From assembly GCA_050116355.1 (NCBI GenBank), contig JASFOV010000001.1:1-32254 (forward strand): 32,254 bases of DNA, written 5' to 3'. The position numbers and the translations under genes are program-made. This DNA is from Anaerolineae bacterium. Its GTDB lineage: Bacteria; Chloroflexota; Anaerolineae; JAAYZQ01. Below the pieces are notes generated by a model, which was given only the letters and a program-made list of their open reading frames with translations, ran no database searches and was not told where the DNA came from. How positions within the stretch are numbered: the stretch's first letter is position 1; each line of letters opens with the position of its first letter. Shown here one piece after another: positions 18,205 through 25,100 of the stretch.

Positions 18205-18738
18205 ATGGCAAACGTAAAAATCGGAGACGAGGCAATCCCGTTCGAGTTGCCTGGTGTGGATGGCAAGAGCTATTCGCTGGACGCCCTAGCCGAAGACAAG
18301 GAAGCGACCGCGGTCATCTTCATGTGCAACCACTGCCCCTATGTGTTGGCCTGGCTCGACCGGCTGATCGCCGTAGCGAACGACTATGCCCCTCAGGGGG
18401 TAGCCTTTGCGGGCATCAATGCCAACGACCCGGTCAAGTACCCGGCCGACGATTTTGTAGGCATGCAGAAACTGGCCAAGGAGAGAGGGTTCCCCTTCCC
18501 TTATCTGCACGATGAAACCCAAGAAGTGGCCCGCGCCTATAGTGCGGAGCGCACGCCCGAGATCTTTGTCTTTGACGCAGATCTGAAGCTGCGCTATCAT
18601 GGTGCGCCCGACGACAACTATGAAGAAGCGCAAGCTCAAGTGCCCTACCTGCGCAATGCCCTCGATGCCGTCCTGGCCGGCCAAGAGGCGCCCGTGGCCG
18701 ATACGCCGCCCGTGGGCTGCACCATCAAGTGGAAGTAG
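18205..18738 (+). CDS. Thioredoxin-fold protein (AhpC/TSA-redoxin-like) with a CxxC motif
   Basis: FELPGVDGKSYSL..., VIFMCNHCPYV (CNHC), TPEIFVFD. The start is preceded by AGGAGG. Confidence 0.75.
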   Translation: MANVKIGDEAIPFELPGVDGKSYSLDALAEDKEATAVIFMCNHCPYVLAWLDRLIAVANDYAPQGVAFAGINANDPVKYPADDFVGMQKLAKERGFPFPYLHDETQEVARAYSAERTPEIFVFDADLKLRYHGAPDDNYEEAQAQVPYLRNALDAVLAGQEAPVADTPPVGCTIKWK

Positions 18739-18756
18739 CATCCTATCGACCCAGCG

Positions 18757-18788
18757 AAAACGGGCCGGAAAAGACTCCGGCCCGTTTT
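18757..18788. terminator. Bidirectional intrinsic terminator between two convergent thioredoxin-fold genes
   Basis: AAAACGGGCCGG-aaaagact-CCGGCCCGTTTT. The GC stem is flanked by an A-run and a T-run, so it can act on both strands. Confidence 0.8.
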
Positions 18789-18867
18789 CCACATTTGGGG
18801 ATCCCTCGCCGTTCACCAACCAACCGTGCACCTTGCCGTCCGCGCACAGCCCGCGGCTTGGCAGTCC

Positions 18868-19197
18868 TTACCCACCTGCCTCCATCAGCGCCTGGCGGAT
18901 CATATCCTTTGACGGCAGCGGGGAATAGCGCTCTCCCTCGAGAATATACACGCGGCACGTCAACGCCGTCCCCATGTGCGCTGCCCCCCGCGGATCCACA
19001 TCCGCGCCGTTCACGCGGATCGTAGGCGACCCCGGAAAGGCCAGCCGTTCAGCATCCTCGTCGGTCAACACCTCGATTTCGTTGACCGGCACCTGCAGAT
19101 CCAACTCGGCCATTGTCTCTTGCAGCAGCTTGCGTGCCGCCGGATGAGAGGGACACTCTTCCCAGTACAAGAAATCGATCTGTGGCTCACTGGACAT
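18868..19197 (-). CDS. Small thioredoxin/glutaredoxin-fold protein of uncertain function
   Basis: MSSEPQIDFLYWEECPSHPAA...AFPGSPTIRVNGADVDP...LTCRVY resembles small Cys-containing Trx-fold proteins. The start is set at ATG 19197, preceded by GAGGAG, rather than the track start at 19239. Confidence 0.5.
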   Translation of the reverse strand: MSSEPQIDFLYWEECPSHPAARKLLQETMAELDLQVPVNEIEVLTDEDAERLAFPGSPTIRVNGADVDPRGAAHMGTALTCRVYILEGERYSPLPSKDMIRQALMEAGG

Positions 19198-19328
19198 CGT
19201 TGCTCTCCTCACCAGCTGGTATCCCCTCCAGTATAACACAAAGCGACCCTTCCCCCAATTTCCAAGCCGTTGATGCTCGTTCTACCACCAAACGCAGGTC
19301 TTCTGGCGGGTGCATCTGGCCAAAGAAC

Positions 19329-19357
19329 TTGACATTTGCCCTTACTCCAGGTATAGT
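19329..19357 (+). promoter_or_regulatory. sigma70-type promoter for the RodZ-like gene
   Basis: TTGACA (19329-19334), 17-nt spacer, TATAGT (19352-19357). The predicted TSS is at about 19364-19365. Confidence 0.7.
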
Positions 19358-19364
19358 GGGTCCT

Positions 19365-20501
19365 GTGAGCGAGGACACAGCACGCCCTTGGGGCGAATGG
19401 CTACAGCAACGCCGGGAAGAATTGGGCATCAGCCTGGAACAGGCCGAAGCCGATACACATATCCGCCTCCGCTATCTCCAGGCCCTGGAAGAGGGCGATC
19501 TAGCATCGATGCCCGATCCCTTTGTGGGTCGTGGCTTTCTGCGAAACTATGCCGCCTACCTGGAACTGGACCTTGCCGCAGCGACTGAGCACTACCCTGA
19601 GGTATTTTCCCTCCCTGCCTCGACACCCGTCCAAGTCAACGAAACATCGCCGTTTGTAACCGAACCGTTCCGGCCGGTAGCCCTGCACAGAATCGGCGGG
19701 GGGCGCCGTCGCTGGCTGCTGATCGGGGCAGTCATCATTGTTATCGTTGCATTGGGCTTATTGGCCTGGTGGGCCTACCCTCAGGTGTACGATCTACTGG
19801 CTTGGGGTGAAGCGATTAGGACGCCTACCACCGAGCCAACACCTCTAGCCACGGACGCCAACCCGTCCACAGCAACCTGGACAGCGACCGCTACCCGTTC
19901 CGCGACCTCCACCGCTTCGGCCACCGGTGTGTCGACGACCACGGTTGCCCTGGAGCCCACACATACACCCAGCATTACACCTTCACCGTCGCCATCGCCC
20001 ACGCCGTCGCCGCCCATCTATACCGGAATCTTTTTGGAATTGTTGTTTACCGATACCTCCTGGATCCAGGTGACTGTCGATGGCGTCCGCCAGTTCCAAG
20101 GAGAGCTCGATGCGGACACCTATCGCTCCTGGTACGGCGAAGAGCGCATCGAACTGCGCATCGGAAACGCAGGTGTGGTACAGGTCACCATCAATGGCCA
20201 GGCGCTGGGCACCCTGGGTGAACCGGAGGAAGTGATCGACCGCGTTTTCGAGAAAGCGGGTGAGGAGGTGACAGAAGCAACCCTCACCCCTATCGCCACC
20301 GGCGAGCAGACCGCCGAGCCCACACAATCCCCCACCGCTGAAACGACGCCCACACTCGAGCCGACTGTGGCTGCCACCCCATCCACACTCTCGGCCACAG
20401 CGACTAGTGCCCCCACAGTCACCCTAGCGCCAACGGCGACCACCGCCCCCACGGTCACCCTGGCGCCGACGGCAACCATCACCACCACGACCAGCCCTTA
20501 G
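19365..20501 (+). CDS. rodZ: RodZ-like cytoskeleton protein (HTH, TM, DUF4115-like domain, Pro/Thr-rich regions)
   Basis: The HTH reads WLQQRREELGISLEQAEADTHIRLRYLQALEEGD...GRGFLRNYAAYLELD. The TM segment is WLLIGAVIIVIVALGLLAWWAY. The DUF4115-like stretch reads LLFTDTSWIQVTVDG...IELRIGNAGVVQVTINGQALG. The start is assigned to GTG 19365, because the upstream part of the track ORF (from 19113) overlaps the promoter and the divergent gene. Confidence 0.7.
   Translation: MSEDTARPWGEWLQQRREELGISLEQAEADTHIRLRYLQALEEGDLASMPDPFVGRGFLRNYAAYLELDLAAATEHYPEVFSLPASTPVQVNETSPFVTEPFRPVALHRIGGGRRRWLLIGAVIIVIVALGLLAWWAYPQVYDLLAWGEAIRTPTTEPTPLATDANPSTATWTATATRSATSTASATGVSTTTVALEPTHTPSITPSPSPSPTPSPPIYTGIFLELLFTDTSWIQVTVDGVRQFQGELDADTYRSWYGEERIELRIGNAGVVQVTINGQALGTLGEPEEVIDRVFEKAGEEVTEATLTPIATGEQTAEPTQSPTAETTPTLEPTVAATPSTLSATATSAPTVTLAPTATTAPTVTLAPTATITTTTSP
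20409..20480 (+). repeat. 36-bp tandem duplication (x2) inside the RodZ-like C-terminal tail
   Basis: Units 20409-20444 and 20445-20480 differ at 5 positions. They encode APTVTLAPTATT and APTVTLAPTATI. Confidence 0.85.
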
Positions 20502-20541
20502 CGCTACCCCTACTCGATTACCGAGCCGCCGGGAACGCGAC

Positions 20542-21261
20542 ATGCCAGCGCCCATCATCGGCCTTACGTGCACCGATACCCAACCCCCCCCGCGTCTGGG
20601 GCAGAACCGCAGCTACATCCAGACTTTGATCCGGGCCGGTGCAGCGCCCGTACTCATCCCGCACCTAACCGATCTCGACCGCCTGCGCCGCCTGTACAAC
20701 TTGCTGGATGGCCTGCTCTTGCCCGGCGGAGCGGATGTGGACCCGGCTCACTACAACCAAGCGCCTCACAGCAGCGTGCACCTCGCCTCGCCGGACCACG
20801 ATGCCACCGAATTGACGCTGGCCCGCTGGGCGATGGACGACCGCCTGCCGCTGTTGGCCATTTGTCGTGGCATCCAGGTACTCAACGTCGCATTGGGCGG
20901 CACGCTGTACCAGGATATCAAGGCCCAGGTGCCCGGCGCCGGCAAGCACGACTGGGGCAAGGACCGTCCACGGGATCACCGTGCGCACAGCGTGAACATC
21001 AGCGCTGGATCGCGCTTGGCCCGTATTGTCGGCACCACGGCCCTAGCCGTCAACAGTATGCACCACCAAGCACTGAAGGACGTTGCCGCTGGCCTATCCG
21101 TTGTGGCGCGCAGCCCCGATGGCATCATCGAGGCAATCGAGTCCCCGGACCATCCCTTTGCCTTGGGCGTCCAGTGGCACCCCGAGGAGCTAGCTGGGAC
21201 AGAAGCAACGGCACAGCGCCTGTTCGACGCCCTGCACCGTGCCGCCAGTTGGCGTGCCTGA
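20542..21261 (+). CDS. Gamma-glutamyl-gamma-aminobutyrate hydrolase family protein (peptidase C26 / class I glutamine amidotransferase-like)
   Basis: LLLPGGADVDPAHY, the nucleophile elbow LLAICRGIQVLNVALGGTLYQDI, and GVQWHPE. Confidence 0.8.
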   Translation: MPAPIIGLTCTDTQPPPRLGQNRSYIQTLIRAGAAPVLIPHLTDLDRLRRLYNLLDGLLLPGGADVDPAHYNQAPHSSVHLASPDHDATELTLARWAMDDRLPLLAICRGIQVLNVALGGTLYQDIKAQVPGAGKHDWGKDRPRDHRAHSVNISAGSRLARIVGTTALAVNSMHHQALKDVAAGLSVVARSPDGIIEAIESPDHPFALGVQWHPEELAGTEATAQRLFDALHRAASWRA

Positions 21262-21640
21262 TCCACCAGCCTGCCCGTAGGCGTCCCGCTCTTAAGCGCA
21301 GACCTCGCCTTCGGCCCAGCTACCCGATCCCCGGACGGCCTGTACCGCCCCTCTCTCCCACCGCATGTAGGGTTACCTCATTCATCCGCGGCTTCCGAGC
21401 GGAGGCATCCTGAGCTGGCCGAAGAAGCCTCCACCAGCGCCCCTCACTGGCTTGCACTGTCATGCACTGTCCTGCCGCCAGCACGGGCGGCCAGCACCGG
21501 TGGTCAGAATAGGCGACCTGCTCAGGTTGTCCGCTCCGGCCGATTGCGATGGAACAATCCGCGCGTCAAGTCAAATGAGGTTACACCACCACCGCATGCC
21601 ATCCAGCCAGAAGAACGAGATCGAAGAAGAGATAGCTCTC

Positions 21641-24316
21641 TCAGGGGCTTGTGTGACCGGTACAGGGGGGAAACTCGTTGCCCGGACGACAGCCAGTAAA
21701 AAAGGGCAGGAAATAGCGGTAGATTCCGCCCTCACAGGCCAGCTCGATGGGGAGTTCGACCGGCGCCTGGCAGGGATCAGTGTGGAGGACGCGCACCGCG
21801 CCCGCGTACATCCGGCTCTCGCTACAGCGAAACACAAGTTCGATGCTGCTCGAGTCCTGGATATCCACCGTGCCCGAGACAGGTTCCACAGAGACCCATT
21901 CCAGATCTGTCCGGACGCCCAACGCCGCCGCCACCGCCGCGTGACAGTCCAGGTAGCCCCAGCCATACTCATAGTTGGGGTACGGCTCATCCCCGGCGCA
22001 CGCAGGCTTCCCACAGTCTCCCTCGGCCCAGAGCTGCGTAGAAGAGCGGTCAGCCGATTGCTCTAGAATGGTAAACGTCGTCTCGATATCTCCGATTAAC
22101 AGCGGATTGGCGGCCCACATCAGGCCCACGCACCCGGCAGCATGGGGGCTGGCCCCCGAGGTGCCGCTGAGGAGAAAGTAGGCATCTTGAGACTTGCCCG
22201 ACGTGCGGCCAAAAGTCGGTGCGTTGACGTGTGGGGCGATCTGGTGGGCGTGTGGGTCGCAGCTGGGCGTAGGGAAAAAGCAGCTGGGCCCGCCCGCATA
22301 GAGATTGTAGCCTGTCCAACTATGAGCGGCCGTACCAAAGGCATGGGGCGAATCACCCGGCGACCCCACCGTCCCGCAGCCGGCCGAATTGCCGGCCGAA
22401 AATGCGGGAAAGATGCCCGCGGCCCGCCAGACCGCAATCGCCCCGTCATACCACGGGTCGCAGCCAGCATCGCCCCAAGAGTTATTGACAATGTGCGGCC
22501 GTTGAGAAGGATCGGGATCCGAACCATCCAATTTGGTGGGGGCCGCGATCCAGTCCGCACAAGCCAGCAGCGCCTCCTCAGAGCACTCGTTGGGCGGTGT
22601 ATCGCAGCCCATGCACGAGATCCATTGCGCGCCGGGCGCGATACCGATCTGCTCTACCTGGTCTTCTGTCTCGCCAACCATGATCCCTGTCACGCCTGAC
22701 CCATGATTGTGCCAATCACAAGGCGCCGACGCCGCGCCGTCACACGCCAGGGTCGCCGAAATTGTGGGCGCATACCAGTCATAGTCGTGGTCAAAGGTGC
22801 CATTCCCCACAGTTCCCCGGTACTGGCGTACCAGGGCTTCGTGCTCATAATAGGCGCCGGTATCGATACTGGCCACCACGACATTGTCTTCGCCACCGTA
22901 CCCGCATCCCTCACACTCCCCCCGCACGCCGTACTCCTGCCACACCTGGACCGCTTGCATACCGAACTGGCCCGCATCGGGATCGAGACGGTCCAGGTTC
23001 CAGCCCCAGCTCTCGGGTTCCGCCGCCTCGACCGGTTGCTCCAACTTGTGCAGCCGGTTGGCGCGGATTGTCTTGACCTCGGGCATAGAGGCCAGGGCGC
23101 GTACATTTTGGAGCGTGCCGTTCCGGATCAGAACCGTATTGTTCACCAAAAACGTCCGGTAGTCTAGCCCTTGTTCTTGGGCGTAGGCGATCACCGGTGC
23201 TTGCGCGGTATTGGCATTCCTGAGCGATTGGAAGACATACTGTCCCCTATCAGCCCAACTCCTGATCGCGTAGGCCGCATCGAGGCTGGCCTGAAGCCGC
23301 ATCTCAACAAAGAAATCGGCGGCCTGACGATCGCTCAGCCGGTTCAGCAGCTGGGGATCGATCTCCACTTCACCCGCCAGCCACGTGGTCTGGAAGGCTG
23401 GTATGTCCAGGGAGCGCACCGCCGCGCCCGGATCGACCTCCACAACCTCAAAGTCGAGCGGCAGGTGGCCTTGGTTGGAAATGATCAGCGTGTGCGTCGT
23501 CACTTCGCCGGCAGCAACCGTAACAGACACAAAATCAGACGGTGACACAGCGAGAACCGGTCGCCGCAAGTCCAGGTCCTGGGTCGTGGTCATGCCCACC
23601 CCCACGCGGACCACCGCCATCTCCTCCGAATAGCCGGGGGCGGCCGCCGTGACGGTATACACATCCACCGGCAACGTCACGGGGCCGTAGGCTCCATCCG
23701 CTGCTACCGGCACATCGATGTCCATCGACTGGATATGCACGATCGGCTCGCTGCACGCCGGTTCCGCACCGCCCGCTTCGAAATCGCGCACGGTTCCGCG
23801 CAGCCAGCCGAGGTCATCGCAGTTGTAGACGTCGATCTTCCCAACGGCCACATGGGGGGCATCGCCCCACTCATCACCCACAAGGCGCCAGTCCAGGACT
23901 TGCGTGCCGGTAATGCCCGCCGGCACCGTCACCTGCACACCAAAACCCCAACTACACCCGTCATGGATCGGGTCCGGTCCACCCGAGTAGGACACCCTAC
24001 TGCCAGAGACGCTGCAGCCGAAACTGACATCGTATCCACATGAATCGACCGGATCTTGTTTCTGGCACGAGACCACCCAAGTGGCAGGGAACGTCAACTC
24101 CACCTCTTCCACCCACTCGCTGTCCTGCGAAAAGTTGTAGACCTCAAAGGCCGGCTCCTGAACCTGTCCAGATCGGTAACAATCCCCCGTATGAACCGTG
24201 GAACCCGCCAGCGACTCGGGTGTGAGCCTCGCTTCTTCCGCTGCTGGCGTTGCTGGGAGCAGGCCGATACCCACGATTGCCAACACCAGCAGGCTCAGGT
24301 ATCGCCGCAGACCCAT
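21641..24316 (-). CDS. Secreted multidomain S8 (subtilisin-like) serine peptidase
   Basis: A signal peptide reads MGLRRYLSLLVLAIVGIGLL. The catalytic triad contexts are VVASIDTGAY (Asp), WHNHGSGVTG (His) and LSGTSGASPHAAG (Ser). An I9-like propeptide segment sits mid-protein and is preceded by ~300 aa of beta-rich domains. The protein is Cys-rich. The start is preceded by GAGGAGG. Confidence 0.85.
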   Translation of the reverse strand: MGLRRYLSLLVLAIVGIGLLPATPAAEEARLTPESLAGSTVHTGDCYRSGQVQEPAFEVYNFSQDSEWVEEVELTFPATWVVSCQKQDPVDSCGYDVSFGCSVSGSRVSYSGGPDPIHDGCSWGFGVQVTVPAGITGTQVLDWRLVGDEWGDAPHVAVGKIDVYNCDDLGWLRGTVRDFEAGGAEPACSEPIVHIQSMDIDVPVAADGAYGPVTLPVDVYTVTAAAPGYSEEMAVVRVGVGMTTTQDLDLRRPVLAVSPSDFVSVTVAAGEVTTHTLIISNQGHLPLDFEVVEVDPGAAVRSLDIPAFQTTWLAGEVEIDPQLLNRLSDRQAADFFVEMRLQASLDAAYAIRSWADRGQYVFQSLRNANTAQAPVIAYAQEQGLDYRTFLVNNTVLIRNGTLQNVRALASMPEVKTIRANRLHKLEQPVEAAEPESWGWNLDRLDPDAGQFGMQAVQVWQEYGVRGECEGCGYGGEDNVVVASIDTGAYYEHEALVRQYRGTVGNGTFDHDYDWYAPTISATLACDGAASAPCDWHNHGSGVTGIMVGETEDQVEQIGIAPGAQWISCMGCDTPPNECSEEALLACADWIAAPTKLDGSDPDPSQRPHIVNNSWGDAGCDPWYDGAIAVWRAAGIFPAFSAGNSAGCGTVGSPGDSPHAFGTAAHSWTGYNLYAGGPSCFFPTPSCDPHAHQIAPHVNAPTFGRTSGKSQDAYFLLSGTSGASPHAAGCVGLMWAANPLLIGDIETTFTILEQSADRSSTQLWAEGDCGKPACAGDEPYPNYEYGWGYLDCHAAVAAALGVRTDLEWVSVEPVSGTVDIQDSSSIELVFRCSESRMYAGAVRVLHTDPCQAPVELPIELACEGGIYRYFLPFFTGCRPGNEFPPCTGHTSP

Positions 24317-24368
24317 GTTGCCTCCTCTATCCCTACCCTGGGCATGGAATTTGACTTTTAGCTTGGTG

Positions 24369-24397
24369 ATACTACCCGACTCTTACAGATTTGTCAA
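24369..24397 (-). promoter_or_regulatory. sigma70-type promoter for the S8 peptidase gene
   Basis: On the minus strand: TTGACA (24397-24392), 17-nt spacer, TAGTAT (24374-24369). Confidence 0.65.
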
Positions 24398-24576
24398 TCT
24401 ATCCAGCGCATCATAGACATTCTCGGTCCTCTCAGAATCCGCGCCGGGCACAAAATTGACCATCGATTTTTACGATTTTAGGTGAGTTTGGCTGACTTCC
24501 AGCCAATGCGTGACAGATTCGTCCGGCGAGCGTAGGGCAGTCGTCAAGTATCCATCCAGCAAAGCAGCGCAAGTCA

Positions 24577-24585
24577 TGCTATAAT
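24577..24585 (+). promoter_or_regulatory. Extended -10 promoter element (TGcTATAAT) for the first structured transcript
   Basis: TGCTATAAT at 24577-24585. The -35 region is poor (CAGCAA at 17-nt spacing), so the call rests on the extended -10. Confidence 0.45.
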
Positions 24586-24591
24586 GCCTTT

Positions 24592-24761
24592 ACATACAGG
24601 GGCATGGCCCATGGCGGGCGAGCAACCTTCAAACCAGGGACTACAATCGGGTGGAACCATTCGTGCGAAGGACATCATGGGCCATGCTGTATATAGGTTT
24701 CTCTTCTCCTCCTTTTGACTGGGAGCCAAGGGTTTGGGGCCACCCTTGGCTCTCGCGTTTT
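24592..24761 (+). ncRNA. Candidate structured RNA (unclassified leader, riboswitch-like element or sRNA) ending in an intrinsic terminator
   Basis: A perfect 12-bp long-range helix joins GCATGGCCCATG (24602-24613) to CATGGGCCATGC (24676-24687). It is extended by ATACA/TGTAT (24594-24598 / 24688-24692) across a GGG bulge and encloses 62 nt. A CTCTTCTCCTCC tract follows, then the terminator hairpin at 24721-24754 plus TTTT. Confidence 0.4.
24721..24761 (+). terminator. Intrinsic terminator of the first module
   Basis: GAGCCAAGGGT (24723-24733) pairs with ACCCTTGGCTC (24742-24752) around an 8-nt loop. TTTT at 24758-24761 follows after 5 nt. Confidence 0.6.
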
Positions 24762-24817
24762 GTCGGGCCTTGTGCGCGATGGTCCACCCGCTTCGGGCTA
24801 TCTGCGGAACGCGGGGA

Positions 24818-24846
24818 TTGATTTGCCACGTCCCGCCTTCTATGAT
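24818..24846 (+). promoter_or_regulatory. sigma70-type promoter of the pyrC-pyrB leader
   Basis: TTGATT (24818-24823), 17-nt spacer, TATGAT (24841-24846). Confidence 0.6.
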
Positions 24847-24852
24847 ACAATG

Positions 24853-25014
24853 CGGCGATTCGATCGAATAGGTTTAGCCCGCATCAAGTCCACAACTCGC
24901 TTTTCAGAATGGGCCAAACAGGCGGAGGAGCGTGAGACAGCAAACTCAACCTGCAACCCAGAGCACACACCGGGCACCGGCGGGGGGCATCCCCCGGCTG
25001 AGTGCCCTTTTTTT
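24853..25014 (+). promoter_or_regulatory. pyrC-pyrB 5' leader with an internal intrinsic terminator (putative transcription attenuator)
   Basis: A ~160-nt leader runs from the predicted TSS to a strong terminator. I could not find a sigma70-like promoter between that terminator and the pyrC start at 25101, so pyrC expression appears to need read-through. Confidence 0.5.
24972..25014 (+). terminator. Strong intrinsic terminator inside the pyr leader
   Basis: GGGCAC...CGGGGG-gcat-CCCCCG...GTGCCC (24972-25007), followed directly by TTTTTTT (25008-25014). Confidence 0.8.
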
Positions 25015-25100
25015 CTGTCCCCAACCCGGTGCCCCATCCCAATTCCCACGACAGAGCTTTCCCTGCCGGCTCCCCTCTACAGGGCCGGGGAGACGATAGC

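Noticed and set aside
24648-24662. T-box-like sequence GGGTGGAACC inside the first structured module.
   Set aside because: It matches only the first ~10 nt of the AGGGUGGNACCGCG consensus. I found no Stem I or specifier architecture. The terminator lies ~60 nt away and is not complementary to this sequence. The downstream genes are pyrimidine genes, not aminoacyl-tRNA or amino-acid genes.
24592-24700. Possible SRP (4.5S) or 6S RNA, suggested by the ~100-nt closed hairpin shape.
   Set aside because: There is no GGAAGCAGCC/AGGUCAGG-type SRP domain IV motif and no GNRA-capped apical helix. The 5' and 3' ends of the full transcript do not pair as they do in 6S RNA.
24584-24718. A 44-codon ORF starting at ATG 24584, and a minus-strand 14-codon ORF after AAGGAGGAG (about 24641-24720).
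   Set aside because: ATG 24584 lies inside the -10 element that best explains transcription here. The minus-strand SD-like tract is ~21 nt from its ATG and the peptide is only 14 aa. The 35-codon version from 24611 is kept only as an alternative in the findings.
24630-24966. PyrR binding loops (CCAGGGAC at about 24634; CCCAGAGCAC at about 24957).
   Set aside because: These only partly resemble UCCAGAGAGG and have no complementary flanking stem to present the loop. No pyrR gene lies in the window.
25002-25100. The longer N-terminal extension of pyrC. Similar extended track starts occur at 6860 (DUF1232), 17093 (cupin), 17587 (NTPase), 19113 (RodZ-like), 19239 (Trx-fold), 26149 (pyrB), 28110 (fur) and 9568 (GH3).
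   Set aside because: The extensions are low-complexity, overlap promoters, terminators or neighbouring genes, and lack SD sequences. Internal starts with good SD sequences or promoter geometry restore family-typical N-termini.
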